From the NCBI GenBank assembly GCA_963729895.1, contig CAVSQB010000016.1, forward strand, positions 64,001 through 128,000: DNA of 64,000 nt. The letters are read 5' to 3'. Below the pieces are notes generated by a model. The model searched no databases. It saw nothing but the letters and a program-made list of their open reading frames with translations, and was not told where the DNA came from. The position numbers and the translations under genes were made by a program. Origin of the DNA: an uncultured Fibrobacterota bacterium (GTDB lineage Bacteria > Fibrobacterota > Chitinivibrionia > Chitinivibrionales > FEN-1185). The stretch's first letter is position 1. Each line of letters starts with the position of its first letter. This document shows positions 63,920-64,000 of the stretch, in pieces.

Positions 63920-64000
63920 CGTTGATCTCCAATCAATTGCAGTATGGATTCTTTCACCCGTTCCTTGTCGGGCCTGTAAAGCGTTTCCAGTTCGGGCGCG
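63916..64000 (-). CDS. C-terminus of a probable 2-oxoacid dehydrogenase E1-beta subunit (truncated by window edge)
   Basis: APELETLYRPDKERVKESILQLIGDQR* resembles the E1-beta end (P.LE....P....I...I..L); the stop overlaps the GTG of the lipoyl-FabH gene. Only 27 aa are visible. Confidence 0.45.
   Translation of the reverse strand, partial: APELETLYRPDKERVKESILQLIGDQR

Noticed and set aside
1..64000. CRISPR array, tRNA, rRNA, prophage, integron or anti-phage defence system
   Set aside because: No repeat-spacer array, structural RNA signature, integrase or phage genes were recognised by eye; recBCD and radC look like housekeeping copies.

Overview
Bacterial chromosomal window, moderately GC-rich, with standard genetic code usage. 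Several TonB receptors and a secreted protein with a sorting-type C-terminus suggest a diderm, possibly FCB/Fibrobacterota-like; this is inference only. Left half (about 1.5-31 kb): a functionally coherent island. It holds a PHP-GT4 fusion, a GH67-like protein, a GT21/GT-B fusion, an LpxH/PlcP-like phosphoesterase, an acid phosphatase, a TonB receptor plus beta-helix protein, a DUF3450-ExbB-ExbBD-TonB-TPR operon and arsC. At least seven of its promoter regions carry the same 11-bp-periodic CTAACA-like tandem boxes, which suggests an uncharacterised Pho-type phosphate-starvation and lipid-remodelling regulon. Two complete IS elements are present: an IS5-family copy splitting a gene, and an IS1182-family copy splitting one of those boxes upstream of arsC. 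Middle: recC-recB-recD. 41-52 kb: a two-component/sigma54 cluster with seven -24/-12 motifs and two degenerate ferritin-like proteins; an eighth motif lies at 13.8 kb. 52-56 kb: glgC-like, glgM/glgA and glgE. Right end: a minus-strand run of a 2-oxoacid dehydrogenase E1-like fragment, a lipoyl-domain-FabH fusion, radC, a TonB receptor, a PaaK-like ligase, a small two-gene module with a nonsense codon, and GT2-DUF2062. No rRNA, tRNA or CRISPR array was recognised. All family assignments come from motif recognition by eye; no database searches were run.
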